Shown here in pieces: positions 8,952 through 19,005 of a stretch of DNA of 64,000 nucleotides; the first letter of the stretch is position 1, and each line of letters begins with the position of its first letter. Below the pieces are notes generated by a model. That model saw only the letters and a list, made by a program, of their open reading frames with translations. It ran no database searches and was not told the origin of the DNA. The position numbers were made by a program, and so were the translations under genes. The stretch lies in assembly GCA_964595485.1 (NCBI GenBank), contig CAZQQN010000008.1, forward strand, positions 15,817 to 79,816, written 5' to 3'. The stretch is from an uncultured Sphingobacteriales bacterium. GTDB lineage: Bacteria > Bacteroidota > Bacteroidia > CAILMK01 > CAYYUA01.

Positions 8952-11009
8952 TTACTTAACCAGTAATTTTTTAGTTAAATCAATTCCTGAAGGATTGGTT
9001 ACCGTAATGATATACAAACCAGACGGCTTTTCAGATACATTGATGCGCTTTTGGTCATTTCTCAATGAAAACCTCTCGACTACCTTTCCTTTGCTATTAA
9101 ACATTCTGCCTTTGTAATTATGCCTGTTGCCATCGATTTCAATCTTAACAAACTTCTTAGCAGGGTTTGGGAAGGTTTTTAATCTGGCAGAATTAGTAAC
9201 CTTCTTATCCTTTTTTTCTTTTCTGGTTTTAGCAGCCTCATAGCTTTGAATAGGATCCTGACTTAAGTAGGGTCGAATCATCAAAGCATAATTCATAGAT
9301 GAATCAATGTTAGTATTTTTCCAGGATCCCTCAGTATTGACAAAAATCCGCTCCTCTGGCACTTCATCATTAAATAGTTCTTTATAATTTTTATCAAGCC
9401 CAATATTGAATAAATAAGGGTTTAATTGCTTCCATCCCACATAAAAAGGGCCTGAAACCTCAATTGGTTCTTCAAGTTCATAAATCACAAAATTATCTTT
9501 CGCAACACCGTTGTATCGAATTTGAACATCTTCCTTCTCCAAAAGCACTTTTTCTTCACTGGGGTTTACCCCTAACCTGCCTAAGTCACTCCAAACCATT
9601 AAATCAAAACGATTTCCCTTAACATTTTCCTTTGATTTACTGAAACGCATTCCAATAGCCCTTAATGAGTCATCCTTACTTAAATCAAACTTATAAGCTA
9701 CTTGCCAGCTGCCGAAAAAACGACCTTTAATTCCAAAACCTCCTTCCGCTGTTCCATCATCATAGGCTAAATAGTTATTAAACGTCTGATCAACAACCAT
9801 TGTATCGTTCCTGCTGAATTCATCGTTTGGCTGATCCTCTACTGTAGATTTTATGCTAACCTCAAGTTGGTCCTGAGTAAGGTAATTGGACTTTTGGAAT
9901 AAATTCTCTTGCTTAAAAACCCGCTTCCCAAAAGTTGACGGAATATTACCAACGATTTGCTCATCAAAATTATCAAAAGAAGTCGCTGTAATATTTTCTT
10001 CAATTTTATACCCACTCCTAACTTGGCGTAGGTTCCGGTCATTATTGCTTCCCTTGATTAAAAACTCTTCTCTTATAGCGCCTGAATTATCTTTTACCTG
10101 GAACCAAGGTAAAGCTCTGAAATCAGATAAAACAGTCTGCGCCGGGTTAACAACGGCCATGTCGTTTTTGGTGGGTTCACCAGGCTGGCGGTTTTTTGCA
10201 AGTTCTATATAATCAACGTGCCAATGATCAAGGTTTCCCGACACATTACCATAGCTAACAAACCGAAATTGAAAAGTATTGAAAAAGAATGAGGAGGAAT
10301 CAAAGGATGCTAAATTCAGGTTAACCGGTTCAAAGGAAGGTACCTGGTTATAAAAAGCTTTACCACCCTCGGACCACACGGTTCGCCAATTTATGGCATC
10401 ACTTGTATCATTTTTAGCCTTTAATTCTAATTTAAGACTATCCACAGCTTCAGGATTATCGGCAATACCTTTTGGTTTGTAAAAAAAACTCAAGAATATA
10501 TCATCGTTAAAATCGTAACCGGAAAGATCAATAAATTGAGAGGTTAACGAATCAGTCGGGAAAGCCGTATTTTGATTATTTTGACCGGGGTCATATGGCC
10601 GGCCATCCCTTCCAAGCCCGTCAAAGGTAGCAAAGCCAAAACTTGGGGGATTTTTAGCCATTTGATTATTGATATACACCTTTTGATCCACCCAAAGGGA
10701 ATCATCCGGGTAATTGCGCTTGTATGAAAAATCTTCAAAAAAAGGCAACTCAAGGGTATCGGGTGTTTGTCTTTTACCTAAAGCATTAGGGTGTAAAGCC
10801 TTTTGATTGTTGGCATCATCATAAATAAGCTGAGGATTATTCTGCAGAGGGGTTATGGTTGCTTCCTGAGCATAAGAGGCTTTTAGGGTAAAAACCATTA
10901 ATAAAGTGGCGAAAGCCAGTAGGATTGAAATATTCAAACCAGCTTTTGTGGAAAATACAGCGTAAGTAGTTGACTTTTTTACAGGTGACGAATTTTTATA
11001 AGTAAGCAT
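8952..11009 (-). CDS. Secreted protein with C-terminal T9SS (Por) sorting domain; function unknown
   Basis: Long N-terminal signal peptide (…LKASYA|QEA). C-terminal approx 80 aa (KTFPNPAKKFVKIEI…GLYIITV…KKLLVK) resembles the T9SS CTD. The start abuts the stop of the upstream PASTA gene. Confidence 0.65.
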   Translation of the reverse strand: MLTYKNSSPVKKSTTYAVFSTKAGLNISILLAFATLLMVFTLKASYAQEATITPLQNNPQLIYDDANNQKALHPNALGKRQTPDTLELPFFEDFSYKRNYPDDSLWVDQKVYINNQMAKNPPSFGFATFDGLGRDGRPYDPGQNNQNTAFPTDSLTSQFIDLSGYDFNDDIFLSFFYKPKGIADNPEAVDSLKLELKAKNDTSDAINWRTVWSEGGKAFYNQVPSFEPVNLNLASFDSSSFFFNTFQFRFVSYGNVSGNLDHWHVDYIELAKNRQPGEPTKNDMAVVNPAQTVLSDFRALPWFQVKDNSGAIREEFLIKGSNNDRNLRQVRSGYKIEENITATSFDNFDEQIVGNIPSTFGKRVFKQENLFQKSNYLTQDQLEVSIKSTVEDQPNDEFSRNDTMVVDQTFNNYLAYDDGTAEGGFGIKGRFFGSWQVAYKFDLSKDDSLRAIGMRFSKSKENVKGNRFDLMVWSDLGRLGVNPSEEKVLLEKEDVQIRYNGVAKDNFVIYELEEPIEVSGPFYVGWKQLNPYLFNIGLDKNYKELFNDEVPEERIFVNTEGSWKNTNIDSSMNYALMIRPYLSQDPIQSYEAAKTRKEKKDKKVTNSARLKTFPNPAKKFVKIEIDGNRHNYKGRMFNSKGKVVERFSLRNDQKRINVSEKPSGLYIITVTNPSGIDLTKKLLVK

Positions 11010-11846
11010 TTATTCCCAGCTATCAGGCACCGATTGCTTATCTTTTATTGCTGAATCGGGCATATTCATTTTTTCGAACTGTTCCGGGGTTGTAAGCCAT
11101 ACATCCATTACTTCCCCCTTCGGTATTTTTTCATCTTCCTTGAAAAACGGTTTTTGCTTGTAAATTATTGCCATTGCACTGTCTTCTATTCTATCTTCAT
11201 AAATCACAGCGCCAAAATTCAAACCTTTTCCTTTTAAATAAAATTCAGCATCATCAAGGGTAAGCCCTTTAAGGTTCGGAATTTCTGTTTTACCAGAATT
11301 TTTCCCTTCTTCTAACACAAGGTCGATTTCTGTTCCTTTCTCCAGTTTGTCCTCATCACCAATGGTTCTACCATTAACTTCCAATCGTTGCACCGTATTT
11401 TTTGCTAATCCGGGAATATATTTTAATTCTCCAACTTTAAAACCTTTCTTTTTAAGGATCTTAAGCGACTGGCGAAGTGAAACATCTTTTAAGTTAGGCA
11501 CTGGCTCTTTTGGCGGATTAGGGGAATTAAGCGTTAAATAAATCTTTCTGTTGATTTTTACTTTTGATAAGGCTTCAGGCTGTTGTTCTACAACAGCTAA
11601 TTTGGGTTTGTCAGGGACATAAGTAGAATCATCTATTACGTAATTGAGGTCCCTTTTATCAAGGACTTTTTTAACTTCTTTCATCTTCATACCTGATAAA
11701 TCAGGAACAGATAGTGATTCATTGTGATGCGTATAGACTTTCAGCCATTGGTAAAACCCGATCAGAATGCCAAAACCTAAAACAATGGCAATAGCAATGT
11801 TAAGAAAGAAAACTTTACTTTTTAGAAACCTGAGAAAATGTCTCAA
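11010..11846 (-). CDS. PASTA-domain-containing membrane-anchored protein
   Basis: N-terminal TM helix followed by three repeats of about 70 aa with PASTA-like pattern (…VPDLSGMKMKEVKKVL…, …VPNLKDVSLRQSLKILKKKGFKVG…, …IPNLKGLTLDDAEFYLKGKGLN…). Sits downstream of ddl, the conserved Bacteroidota arrangement. Confidence 0.7.
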   Translation of the reverse strand: MRHFLRFLKSKVFFLNIAIAIVLGFGILIGFYQWLKVYTHHNESLSVPDLSGMKMKEVKKVLDKRDLNYVIDDSTYVPDKPKLAVVEQQPEALSKVKINRKIYLTLNSPNPPKEPVPNLKDVSLRQSLKILKKKGFKVGELKYIPGLAKNTVQRLEVNGRTIGDEDKLEKGTEIDLVLEEGKNSGKTEIPNLKGLTLDDAEFYLKGKGLNFGAVIYEDRIEDSAMAIIYKQKPFFKEDEKIPKGEVMDVWLTTPEQFEKMNMPDSAIKDKQSVPDSWE

Positions 11847-11918
11847 ACTTAGTTGAAGCCTTTAATGAAATTTCGAATATAAGCGAATACCCGTCATGAA
11901 CCAAATTTTTACAGGTTA

Positions 11919-14618
11919 CTAAAACCTTTGCGTAAGGGTATTCATTTTCTTCTTGCCAAAATCTATAATCTGACCCAAAAATTCAACCGGTTTATAATTG
12001 TTCAATGCTGCTTGGTGAAATATGGCAGTAGCAGGGGTTAATCCTGGTAGCGAATTGATCTCAATAATAATAACATCCACTTTTTCATTGTCATAAACCC
12101 GTACAAAGGCATCAATTCGGCAATACCCTTTCATATCAGTAATCTCGGCTACTCTTTTAATGACGCTTTTGACTTTTTCAGCAATCCTTTTATTGGCAGC
12201 CGGGTCATTGGCAAAACGGGCCGGCGTAATATTTTGCCCTTCTCCTGCCAGGAATTTTTCCTCAAGAGAAAGTATGCCTTCTTCTGCCAATGCTTCTGAG
12301 GGCTCAAAAATTTCAAAGGTTATATGGCCTTCTTCATCAAAATGAGTGACCAGTCCACAAGTTATCTCCAGTAATTTTTGCGCGCTCCCCTTTTCAATCT
12401 TTTCTTCTACCATAAAATAATCTTTAGCGGGGAATTCTTCATTGGGCTTAACGTCAAGTAGAATATTATTTAAATCAGGCAATTCCTTTTGATCACGGAA
12501 AATGATACGCAAATAATCTTTCAATTTTTCCGGTGTATCAATCTTCTTAACAGCCGAACTGCAGCCATCGTCAGATGGTTTGGCAACAAAAGGGTATCCA
12601 AACTCACCTTCAATCGCTTTCCAGATCTTATCTGGATTTTGATACCAATCTTGTTTAGTCACTAAGAAGTTATTAGCGACCTCAATGCCATAGGATTTAA
12701 GTAAGTTATTGGTTTTATATTTATCTATCGTCAGAGCTCCTCCGTTAGGATCAGAGCCATTGTACGGCAATTGCATTTTCTCAAATTCCCTTGGCAGGGT
12801 ACCATCTTCTCCGGGTTGCCCATGAAGGCCTAAAAAGGCAAAATCCATGATATCCGGGAAGTCCTTAAGCGGTATTGCTTCCGGATAAAAGGCATAGCCG
12901 GCTGCGCTGTATTTTTCGGTTATACCACCAGCCTCTTCTATAATATCCTGTATTTTACCAGGCATCTTGAAATTGGTCACCTTTTCATTTATATCATCAG
13001 CGTTATCCTTTAGTAGTAAATTGACAGGTATCTTATAAAAGGCCATTTCTCCATATTCCTGGGTGAGAAAGATTGGTATCGGAGCATAACGCTGGGATGA
13101 GGCCAATTTTTCGAACACGTTCCTGCCACTTTCAACGGAAATGTGTCTTTCTGATGAATAGCCACCCAGGATAACACCAACCTTTACTTTCTCCCTTTCT
13201 TCCCCTTGTTGGTTTTCGATATTTTCATCCAGGTTTTTCAAGGAAATTTGATGCTTAAAAACAGGATAAGTCGTTGCTTGCCGCTCCAGTAAAGATGTTC
13301 TAATGATGTAAGTTAAAAACTGGCTGGGTGTTAAACCTATTTCAGCTGCCTGATGAAAGAAAAAAGAGGAAGGTAGCATACCTGACGTAGTGTTCGGGTC
13401 ATTCAAATACACTTCTTCATCCGGCGTAAAAAAGCCGTCAATCCTGGCATAGACATTACTATGCAGAAATTGGAAAAGCTTTTCACAGGCTTTTCGGATT
13501 TTCTCCAGCGCTTCATCAGGCAGGTTTATTGGCGTAATTTTATGGGAAACACCGGGCAGGTATTTAGCACGGTAATCAAAAACCTCACTTGCCTTACGTA
13601 TCTCAGTAGGCGGCAAAGCCAGTGGCTGCCGTTTTTCGTCCTGTATTACAATGCAGGAGAATTCCTTGCCCTCAAGAAGTTGCTCAATGATAACCGTATG
13701 TTCTGACTGATAACTAGCTATGGTTATAGAGGCATTTTCATCTGGATTGTTCACAAATGATTCACGTATTTGTTTCAGGATAGCCTCCGGATGATAGTAT
13801 AGGTCTTCATTGATAACAACGGGAGTAGCCAAGCCATCCTGTAAATCAACCAAATCGCGGACAAAATTAACTTCCTCTTCTTCAGTTAATTGAGCCCAGT
13901 AATTAGCCGAAATTTCACGAATGAAAAAGCTTCTGTTAACCAAATCCCTAAACCGCTCAAAATCCTTTTCCTTTAGGATGTTTACCCCTATTGAAGAGCC
14001 CTGAGAAGCTGACTTCACGACCAATGGAAATTGGAAGGTATCACAAACCTCCTTATAAAAGGCTTTTTGGCTTTCAAAACTTAACCATTCATTTCTTGGA
14101 ATCAGCTTATAAGCCAAGTCTGAAAATCCGCTGGCATTAAAAAGGTTTTTTTGAACTGACTTATCAATTCCGATTGAAGAAGGAAGGATGCCAGCTCCTG
14201 AAAATGGAATATCGATGAATTCCAGTATGCCTTGAACTGTACCATCTTCACCATAAGGCCCGTGCAGGCACAGAAAAGCAAAATCGATCATTTTGGGTAA
14301 ATCTTCAACCTGAATGGGCGTACCAATGGCTTGGATCATATCCAATTGCTGGGCTTCACTTAACGGACCCAGACTTTCCGCATAAACCTGAAATCCATTA
14401 GGGCTTTCAGGTAAGGCCTGGATGGGAGGATAAAAATCACGGATACTTCCCTTGTAAAGGTACTGCCAATCGAGGTGAATGAAATTTCCCCAGCTATCAA
14501 TAAAAATGGGAATAGGGTCGAAAAGGTCCTTATCAAGGCTGTCAAAAACTGTCCGGCCACCGGCAAATGAAACTTCCCGTTCGCGGGACTTTCCACCGAA
14601 AATAATGCCAACTTTCAT
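11919..14618 (-). CDS. ddl: Tandem-fused double D-alanine--D-alanine ligase-family (ATP-grasp) protein
   Basis: About 900 aa with two complete Ddl-like modules. Each starts with K(V)G(I/V)(I/L)(F/G)GG(K/Y)S.ERE/H(V/I)S… and each contains the FLxLHGxxGEDGT motif (FLCLHGPYGEDGTVQG and FLGLHGQPGEDGTLPR) plus C-terminal ATP-grasp segments. ATG at 14618; an upstream TTG at 14627 is the mapped ORF start. Confidence 0.7.
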   Translation of the reverse strand: MKVGIIFGGKSREREVSFAGGRTVFDSLDKDLFDPIPIFIDSWGNFIHLDWQYLYKGSIRDFYPPIQALPESPNGFQVYAESLGPLSEAQQLDMIQAIGTPIQVEDLPKMIDFAFLCLHGPYGEDGTVQGILEFIDIPFSGAGILPSSIGIDKSVQKNLFNASGFSDLAYKLIPRNEWLSFESQKAFYKEVCDTFQFPLVVKSASQGSSIGVNILKEKDFERFRDLVNRSFFIREISANYWAQLTEEEEVNFVRDLVDLQDGLATPVVINEDLYYHPEAILKQIRESFVNNPDENASITIASYQSEHTVIIEQLLEGKEFSCIVIQDEKRQPLALPPTEIRKASEVFDYRAKYLPGVSHKITPINLPDEALEKIRKACEKLFQFLHSNVYARIDGFFTPDEEVYLNDPNTTSGMLPSSFFFHQAAEIGLTPSQFLTYIIRTSLLERQATTYPVFKHQISLKNLDENIENQQGEEREKVKVGVILGGYSSERHISVESGRNVFEKLASSQRYAPIPIFLTQEYGEMAFYKIPVNLLLKDNADDINEKVTNFKMPGKIQDIIEEAGGITEKYSAAGYAFYPEAIPLKDFPDIMDFAFLGLHGQPGEDGTLPREFEKMQLPYNGSDPNGGALTIDKYKTNNLLKSYGIEVANNFLVTKQDWYQNPDKIWKAIEGEFGYPFVAKPSDDGCSSAVKKIDTPEKLKDYLRIIFRDQKELPDLNNILLDVKPNEEFPAKDYFMVEEKIEKGSAQKLLEITCGLVTHFDEEGHITFEIFEPSEALAEEGILSLEEKFLAGEGQNITPARFANDPAANKRIAEKVKSVIKRVAEITDMKGYCRIDAFVRVYDNEKVDVIIIEINSLPGLTPATAIFHQAALNNYKPVEFLGQIIDFGKKKMNTLTQRF

Positions 14619-14763
14619 AGTGAGCAAAGTTAAGGAAGAATTGGTTTATGACTCGGATAATTTATACTAATGGAAAATGGAAAGCCAGGTAATAAGTTGT
14701 ACCTTTTACTGATATCGGTTCATAGTACTCCATGAGCTAGGAAAAAAGGAACGGTGAGCTTTT

Positions 14764-15939
14764 TTAGTTAATTAACCGAGGAAAGATCCTGCTTAATACC
14801 TCGAGTACTTTCATTTTCAAAACCTTTTTAAGGCTTATATCCGGGTAATGGTAATAATGGGTTCTCAATTGCCTGCGCCATTGGTCAAATTTATTTTCAC
14901 TGAAGTTTTCTTTTTTTGCCAGGAAAAAATCATTCCCTTCTACGCCATATGCGATATTAAGCTCATGAGGCTTCAGGTTTCTACCGAAACGGATTTCAGG
15001 AGAAGCAGCCTTTTTTACGCTAAGGACATAGGGGTTATCAATTTCGCTTAGGGATTTATTCCCATACAGATCAATTGCCAATTCATAAGCTGCTAAGGCT
15101 GGGTAAAGCTGCTTTATTTTGGATGGTAGCATTTCAAAGAAGATATCATAAACGGATAAGGAATTTGTTAAAGTTTCCATTGCCGGTAATTCCTCACCGA
15201 CTTGCAGGTTCACCTGAAAAGCGTTCTCTTCTAACCGTCTTCCCACATGCGTTCCCAATTCCCCGAAGTTGGTAGAATATGACCACGCCGGATAAAGGAA
15301 GTAGCGATCCGTATCAATGAGGTAATAATTGTAGCATTTTTCCCAGTTATCATCAGGATATTGCCGAATAGGTGGCGGAGCCTTATGATCAATGGTCCGG
15401 AAATCAATATCAGACTGAACCCAATTTTCAAAACTCTCCCACTGAGAAGGCGTAAACATTTGCCCCCAAGTTGATACTTTTTGCAGGTAATAAACATTCC
15501 CGGTGTTGTAACTATTGAAAGGAGAGCCAAACGGGAAATTGCGGGCAAAACTGTAAAGGCTTACCCCACCTATTTTTTTATCTTCCTTACTAAAGGTTAG
15601 GGCTTTTAAAGCCCATTTGTAAAAAAAAGGACTGACAAAAAGGTCATCCTCGAGGATGATGACCGGTTCCTCAAGCTCAAGGCTATACCTCCCGCATCTG
15701 AGCAGATGGCTTTCAAGACCCAAATGCTCCGGCTGTTGCTCCAGGACTTTCTCTCCAAAAGGCCATTTCAAATTTTCTGCAATGGCTTTAACATCCCGTT
15801 CAGCCCCACCTTCCACACTAATCACCAGCTTTACATTTTTACCTTCATAGTCAGAAGCTTTCAGAGCATCCAGTAACCTACTCAGTGATTTAAGTCTTTG
15901 ATAAACTGGAATGACAATAGCAGGCGATTCAGAAGGCAT
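14764..15939 (-). CDS. Putative GT-A fold glycosyltransferase (GT2-like)
   Basis: N-terminus IVIPVYQRLKSLSRLLDAL is typical of GT-A Rossmann beta1, with an EDD acidic motif (ILEDDLF). Sits in the glycan locus. Low-resolution call. Confidence 0.45.
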   Translation of the reverse strand: MPSESPAIVIPVYQRLKSLSRLLDALKASDYEGKNVKLVISVEGGAERDVKAIAENLKWPFGEKVLEQQPEHLGLESHLLRCGRYSLELEEPVIILEDDLFVSPFFYKWALKALTFSKEDKKIGGVSLYSFARNFPFGSPFNSYNTGNVYYLQKVSTWGQMFTPSQWESFENWVQSDIDFRTIDHKAPPPIRQYPDDNWEKCYNYYLIDTDRYFLYPAWSYSTNFGELGTHVGRRLEENAFQVNLQVGEELPAMETLTNSLSVYDIFFEMLPSKIKQLYPALAAYELAIDLYGNKSLSEIDNPYVLSVKKAASPEIRFGRNLKPHELNIAYGVEGNDFFLAKKENFSENKFDQWRRQLRTHYYHYPDISLKKVLKMKVLEVLSRIFPRLIN

Positions 15940-15954
15940 TTGGGATTATTTCAT

Positions 15955-16857
15955 TTACCAATTGAACTTCCTTCGAGGAAATGTTAAAACTAAGATTTGA
16001 GCGCATAAATATAGCGTATAAAACGTAATTTGGGCAACTTGATACCTTAACCAGTTGACTTCATTAGTTTGGTATAAAGCCGTACGCCTGAAAAATACCA
16101 GACTAACAAACAGGTATTTGACCGTCCTGGCCAAGTCCAGGAATTGGAGATTTTCTTTTTTTGAATATTCCGGGTATTGTTTTGCTCTTTGGATTTTTCC
16201 CTTATTAATGCGGCAAAGCGTAAAGAATTGCTTTTTCCAACTTTTAGGCCTGTGCCAAATCACCAAATCCTCAAGAAAGGCTTGTTTGAAACCGTAATCG
16301 CAGACCTGCCTGCTAAAAATATAATCCCCACCGGCAAAAAGATTGGCATCAAAAAGGCCAACCGTCTCAAACACGCTTTTATGAACCAGCAAAAACGTTG
16401 TCAGGCCAAAATTCATCTCCTCAAATTTAGTTTTTGCCTGAAAGCCATGCACCCTTGAGTAAGTTTGCCCAAGGGTTTCTTTGGGTAGTGCTTTCATCTG
16501 GATGTTACAGCAGATGTAATGATAATTGGCTAAGTAAGGTTCTACTTTTTGAAACCAATCATCAGGAATAGTGAGATCATCATCCATGAACAGTAGCCAC
16601 TCACCCTTTGCCTGCCCAATCCCCTGATTACGAGCTCCGTAAGCACCAATCATTCTTGCGTTTGCAATCTCATGGATATTAAATCCCGCTTTTTTTAATT
16701 TTGTCAAGTAAGCACTTATGGCTTCTGAAGCGCCGTCATTGATAATGATTAATTCAAATTCGGCAGAATTCGCAGAGTTCAGTATACCATCCAGGGAGCT
16801 TTTAAGGGGCTGAAATTGCCCTCTTGAAGGGATAATGACGGAAAAGCTGTAAGGCAT
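15955..16857 (-). CDS. Family 2 glycosyltransferase
   Basis: FSVIIPSRGQ…ELIIINDGASE and a DDD motif (LLFMDDDL). ATG at 16857; the ORF track start at 16866 is TTG. Confidence 0.8.
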   Translation of the reverse strand: MPYSFSVIIPSRGQFQPLKSSLDGILNSANSAEFELIIINDGASEAISAYLTKLKKAGFNIHEIANARMIGAYGARNQGIGQAKGEWLLFMDDDLTIPDDWFQKVEPYLANYHYICCNIQMKALPKETLGQTYSRVHGFQAKTKFEEMNFGLTTFLLVHKSVFETVGLFDANLFAGGDYIFSRQVCDYGFKQAFLEDLVIWHRPKSWKKQFFTLCRINKGKIQRAKQYPEYSKKENLQFLDLARTVKYLFVSLVFFRRTALYQTNEVNWLRYQVAQITFYTLYLCAQILVLTFPRRKFNW

Positions 16858-16883
16858 ACCAGGCAAAAATCGGGATTAATCAC

Positions 16884-17918
16884 TTGAGAATCAGGACTCG
16901 TAAAAATAACCTTTCAAAAATAGCCATTATAGGGTTAGGTGCCATATCAGATAGGTTTTACCTGCCTCTGCTTAGGCATAATAAGTTCTGGAAGATTACC
17001 CGAATAATTGACGTGGACTACCAATCCATCTATAATAGGAATTTTAAAAAGTTTAAAGGGTCATTTACTACAGATTATAACTCTATCAATGCTGATGGAG
17101 CAGATGCTGCTATTATAGCAACCCCCAATGATACCCACTACCAAATCGCTTCCACCCTTCTGGCTAAAGGTATTTCAGTTTTAATAGAAAAGCCGGTGGT
17201 ATTGAGCGGCAGTACCTATCATCGGCTAAAAGAAAACCAAAGAGAAAACAAAGCCATCATGCAATCCGGGATGGTTAAGCGGCATTTACCAATCAACCGG
17301 GTTATAGGCGATTGTTTTCAGCAAAAGGCTTTAGGCGGCCTACGCTCTTTTGAAATCTCAGAAGGGATGAATTTTAACTGGCCAATCCGAAGCCTTGGTT
17401 TCTTTGATAAAGCAAAGGCCGGTGGTGGTGTTTTAATTGACAACGGTATCCATGTATTGGATTTAATTTTCTGGTGGCTCCAGAAAGAGGAACAAATACC
17501 CGAAATAAGTCACTTGAATTACCAGGATGATTCGCAAGGTGGTGTGGAAGCTGAATGCAAGGTGAACCTTACCTTCGATAACGGGCTAAAAGGATCCTTA
17601 CACTTCAGCAGGATGAGAATTTTATCTCAAACCTGGCAGCTAAATTTTGAGAAAGGGCAAATTTGTTTTTCAGATGGCCGGCTAAGCTTATCCGTTCCCA
17701 AAGAATACGAAAACCACAATTCGATCAGGCAACTTAAAGCCACTCGCAAACAAAACCTGAAGACTGCTTTTAACCAACAACTGGCAACTTTTTACGAAAA
17801 AAACCAGGAAAAAATACCAGAGGATGACCCTGTCATACCTTATACACTGGACTTAATCAATAGATTATACGCAAACAGGGAAACACAAAGAACCTCCTAT
17901 TATCAGTTCAAAATTTAA
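16884..17918 (+). CDS. Gfo/Idh/MocA-family NAD(P)-dependent oxidoreductase
   Basis: KIAIIGLGAIS Rossmann N-terminus and EKP motif (LIEKPV). TTG start as mapped; start uncertain. Confidence 0.7.
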   Translation: MRIRTRKNNLSKIAIIGLGAISDRFYLPLLRHNKFWKITRIIDVDYQSIYNRNFKKFKGSFTTDYNSINADGADAAIIATPNDTHYQIASTLLAKGISVLIEKPVVLSGSTYHRLKENQRENKAIMQSGMVKRHLPINRVIGDCFQQKALGGLRSFEISEGMNFNWPIRSLGFFDKAKAGGGVLIDNGIHVLDLIFWWLQKEEQIPEISHLNYQDDSQGGVEAECKVNLTFDNGLKGSLHFSRMRILSQTWQLNFEKGQICFSDGRLSLSVPKEYENHNSIRQLKATRKQNLKTAFNQQLATFYEKNQEKIPEDDPVIPYTLDLINRLYANRETQRTSYYQFKI

Positions 17919-17920
17919 CC

Positions 17921-18997
17921 ATGAATACCCATTTCTCAGGTGATAAAAAATGCTTTGTAACCGGGGCAACCGGCTTTATAGGAAGCCGTTTGATTGAAAA
18001 GCTATGGCTTGAGCATGAAAAAAGTGTGAAAGCCTTGGTAAGAAACCCTGTGAAAGCTGTTAACATTGGCCGATTCCCAATTGAGATGCATCAGGGAAAT
18101 ATCATGGATCAGGAAAACCTTCGATCTTTTGTGGATGAGGAGGCGATAATCTTCCACGCTGCCCACCATTTTGAAGGCACACCGGAAGATAATGAACAAG
18201 CAACAAAAAACCTATTGGCGGTAGCTCGTGAGAAGCAAGCTAAAAGGATTGTAATTTTAAGTACTGCTGACACTTACCAATCAAAGCACGAAGGAACCAT
18301 AGATGAAGCAACCCCGAAAAAAACAAACGCCACTTCTAATTATATACAATCAAAGCTGGCTGTGGAGGAAGTTTGTCATCATTATATCAATCAATACCAA
18401 CTACCGGTTGTCATCATCCAACCTACCATTGTTTACGGGCCTTGGTGCAAGCCTTGGACCATTCGTATTTTTGACCAGATGGCAAAGGGAAAAATCCCGT
18501 TAATCAATGGTGGAACGGGTATTTGCAACGCTATTTACATAGATGATTTAGTCGACCTTTTAATCGAAGCTTCTCTGAAACCAGCCATAGAAGGAGAAAC
18601 CTACATTGCTAATAATGAAACGCCCTTAACCTGGAAGGATTTCTACGGTTACTTTGAAAACATATTGGAATCAAAAAGAACCCTTGATAAAACCTACACA
18701 CGAAATTTATCCCAATCAAAATTGCCTGCTTTAGGAGTGAAAGATAAAGTTAAACAGCCTTTAGCCCGCATTTTACCTAGATCATTTAAAGATAACCTGA
18801 AAAAATTTCTATCAAGCATTAGCAATAAAAATCGTCCCATACCGCTATCTAAAGAGCAGGCTGAGTATTTTGCCGCTAAAGCTACTTTCAAACCGGACAA
18901 AGCTAAAAGAGACCTGGGCTATGCTCAATCATTTACCTATCAGCAAGGCTTTGAACAGGTAGCTTATTGGTTCAGACATTTCTATCAAAACGGATAA
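17921..18997 (+). CDS. NAD-dependent epimerase/dehydratase (SDR family)
   Basis: CFVTGATGFIGSRLIEKL glycine-rich motif and YxxSK (YIQSKLAVE). Confidence 0.8.
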   Translation: MNTHFSGDKKCFVTGATGFIGSRLIEKLWLEHEKSVKALVRNPVKAVNIGRFPIEMHQGNIMDQENLRSFVDEEAIIFHAAHHFEGTPEDNEQATKNLLAVAREKQAKRIVILSTADTYQSKHEGTIDEATPKKTNATSNYIQSKLAVEEVCHHYINQYQLPVVIIQPTIVYGPWCKPWTIRIFDQMAKGKIPLINGGTGICNAIYIDDLVDLLIEASLKPAIEGETYIANNETPLTWKDFYGYFENILESKRTLDKTYTRNLSQSKLPALGVKDKVKQPLARILPRSFKDNLKKFLSSISNKNRPIPLSKEQAEYFAAKATFKPDKAKRDLGYAQSFTYQQGFEQVAYWFRHFYQNG

Positions 18998-19005
18998 AAA
19001 CTTGC

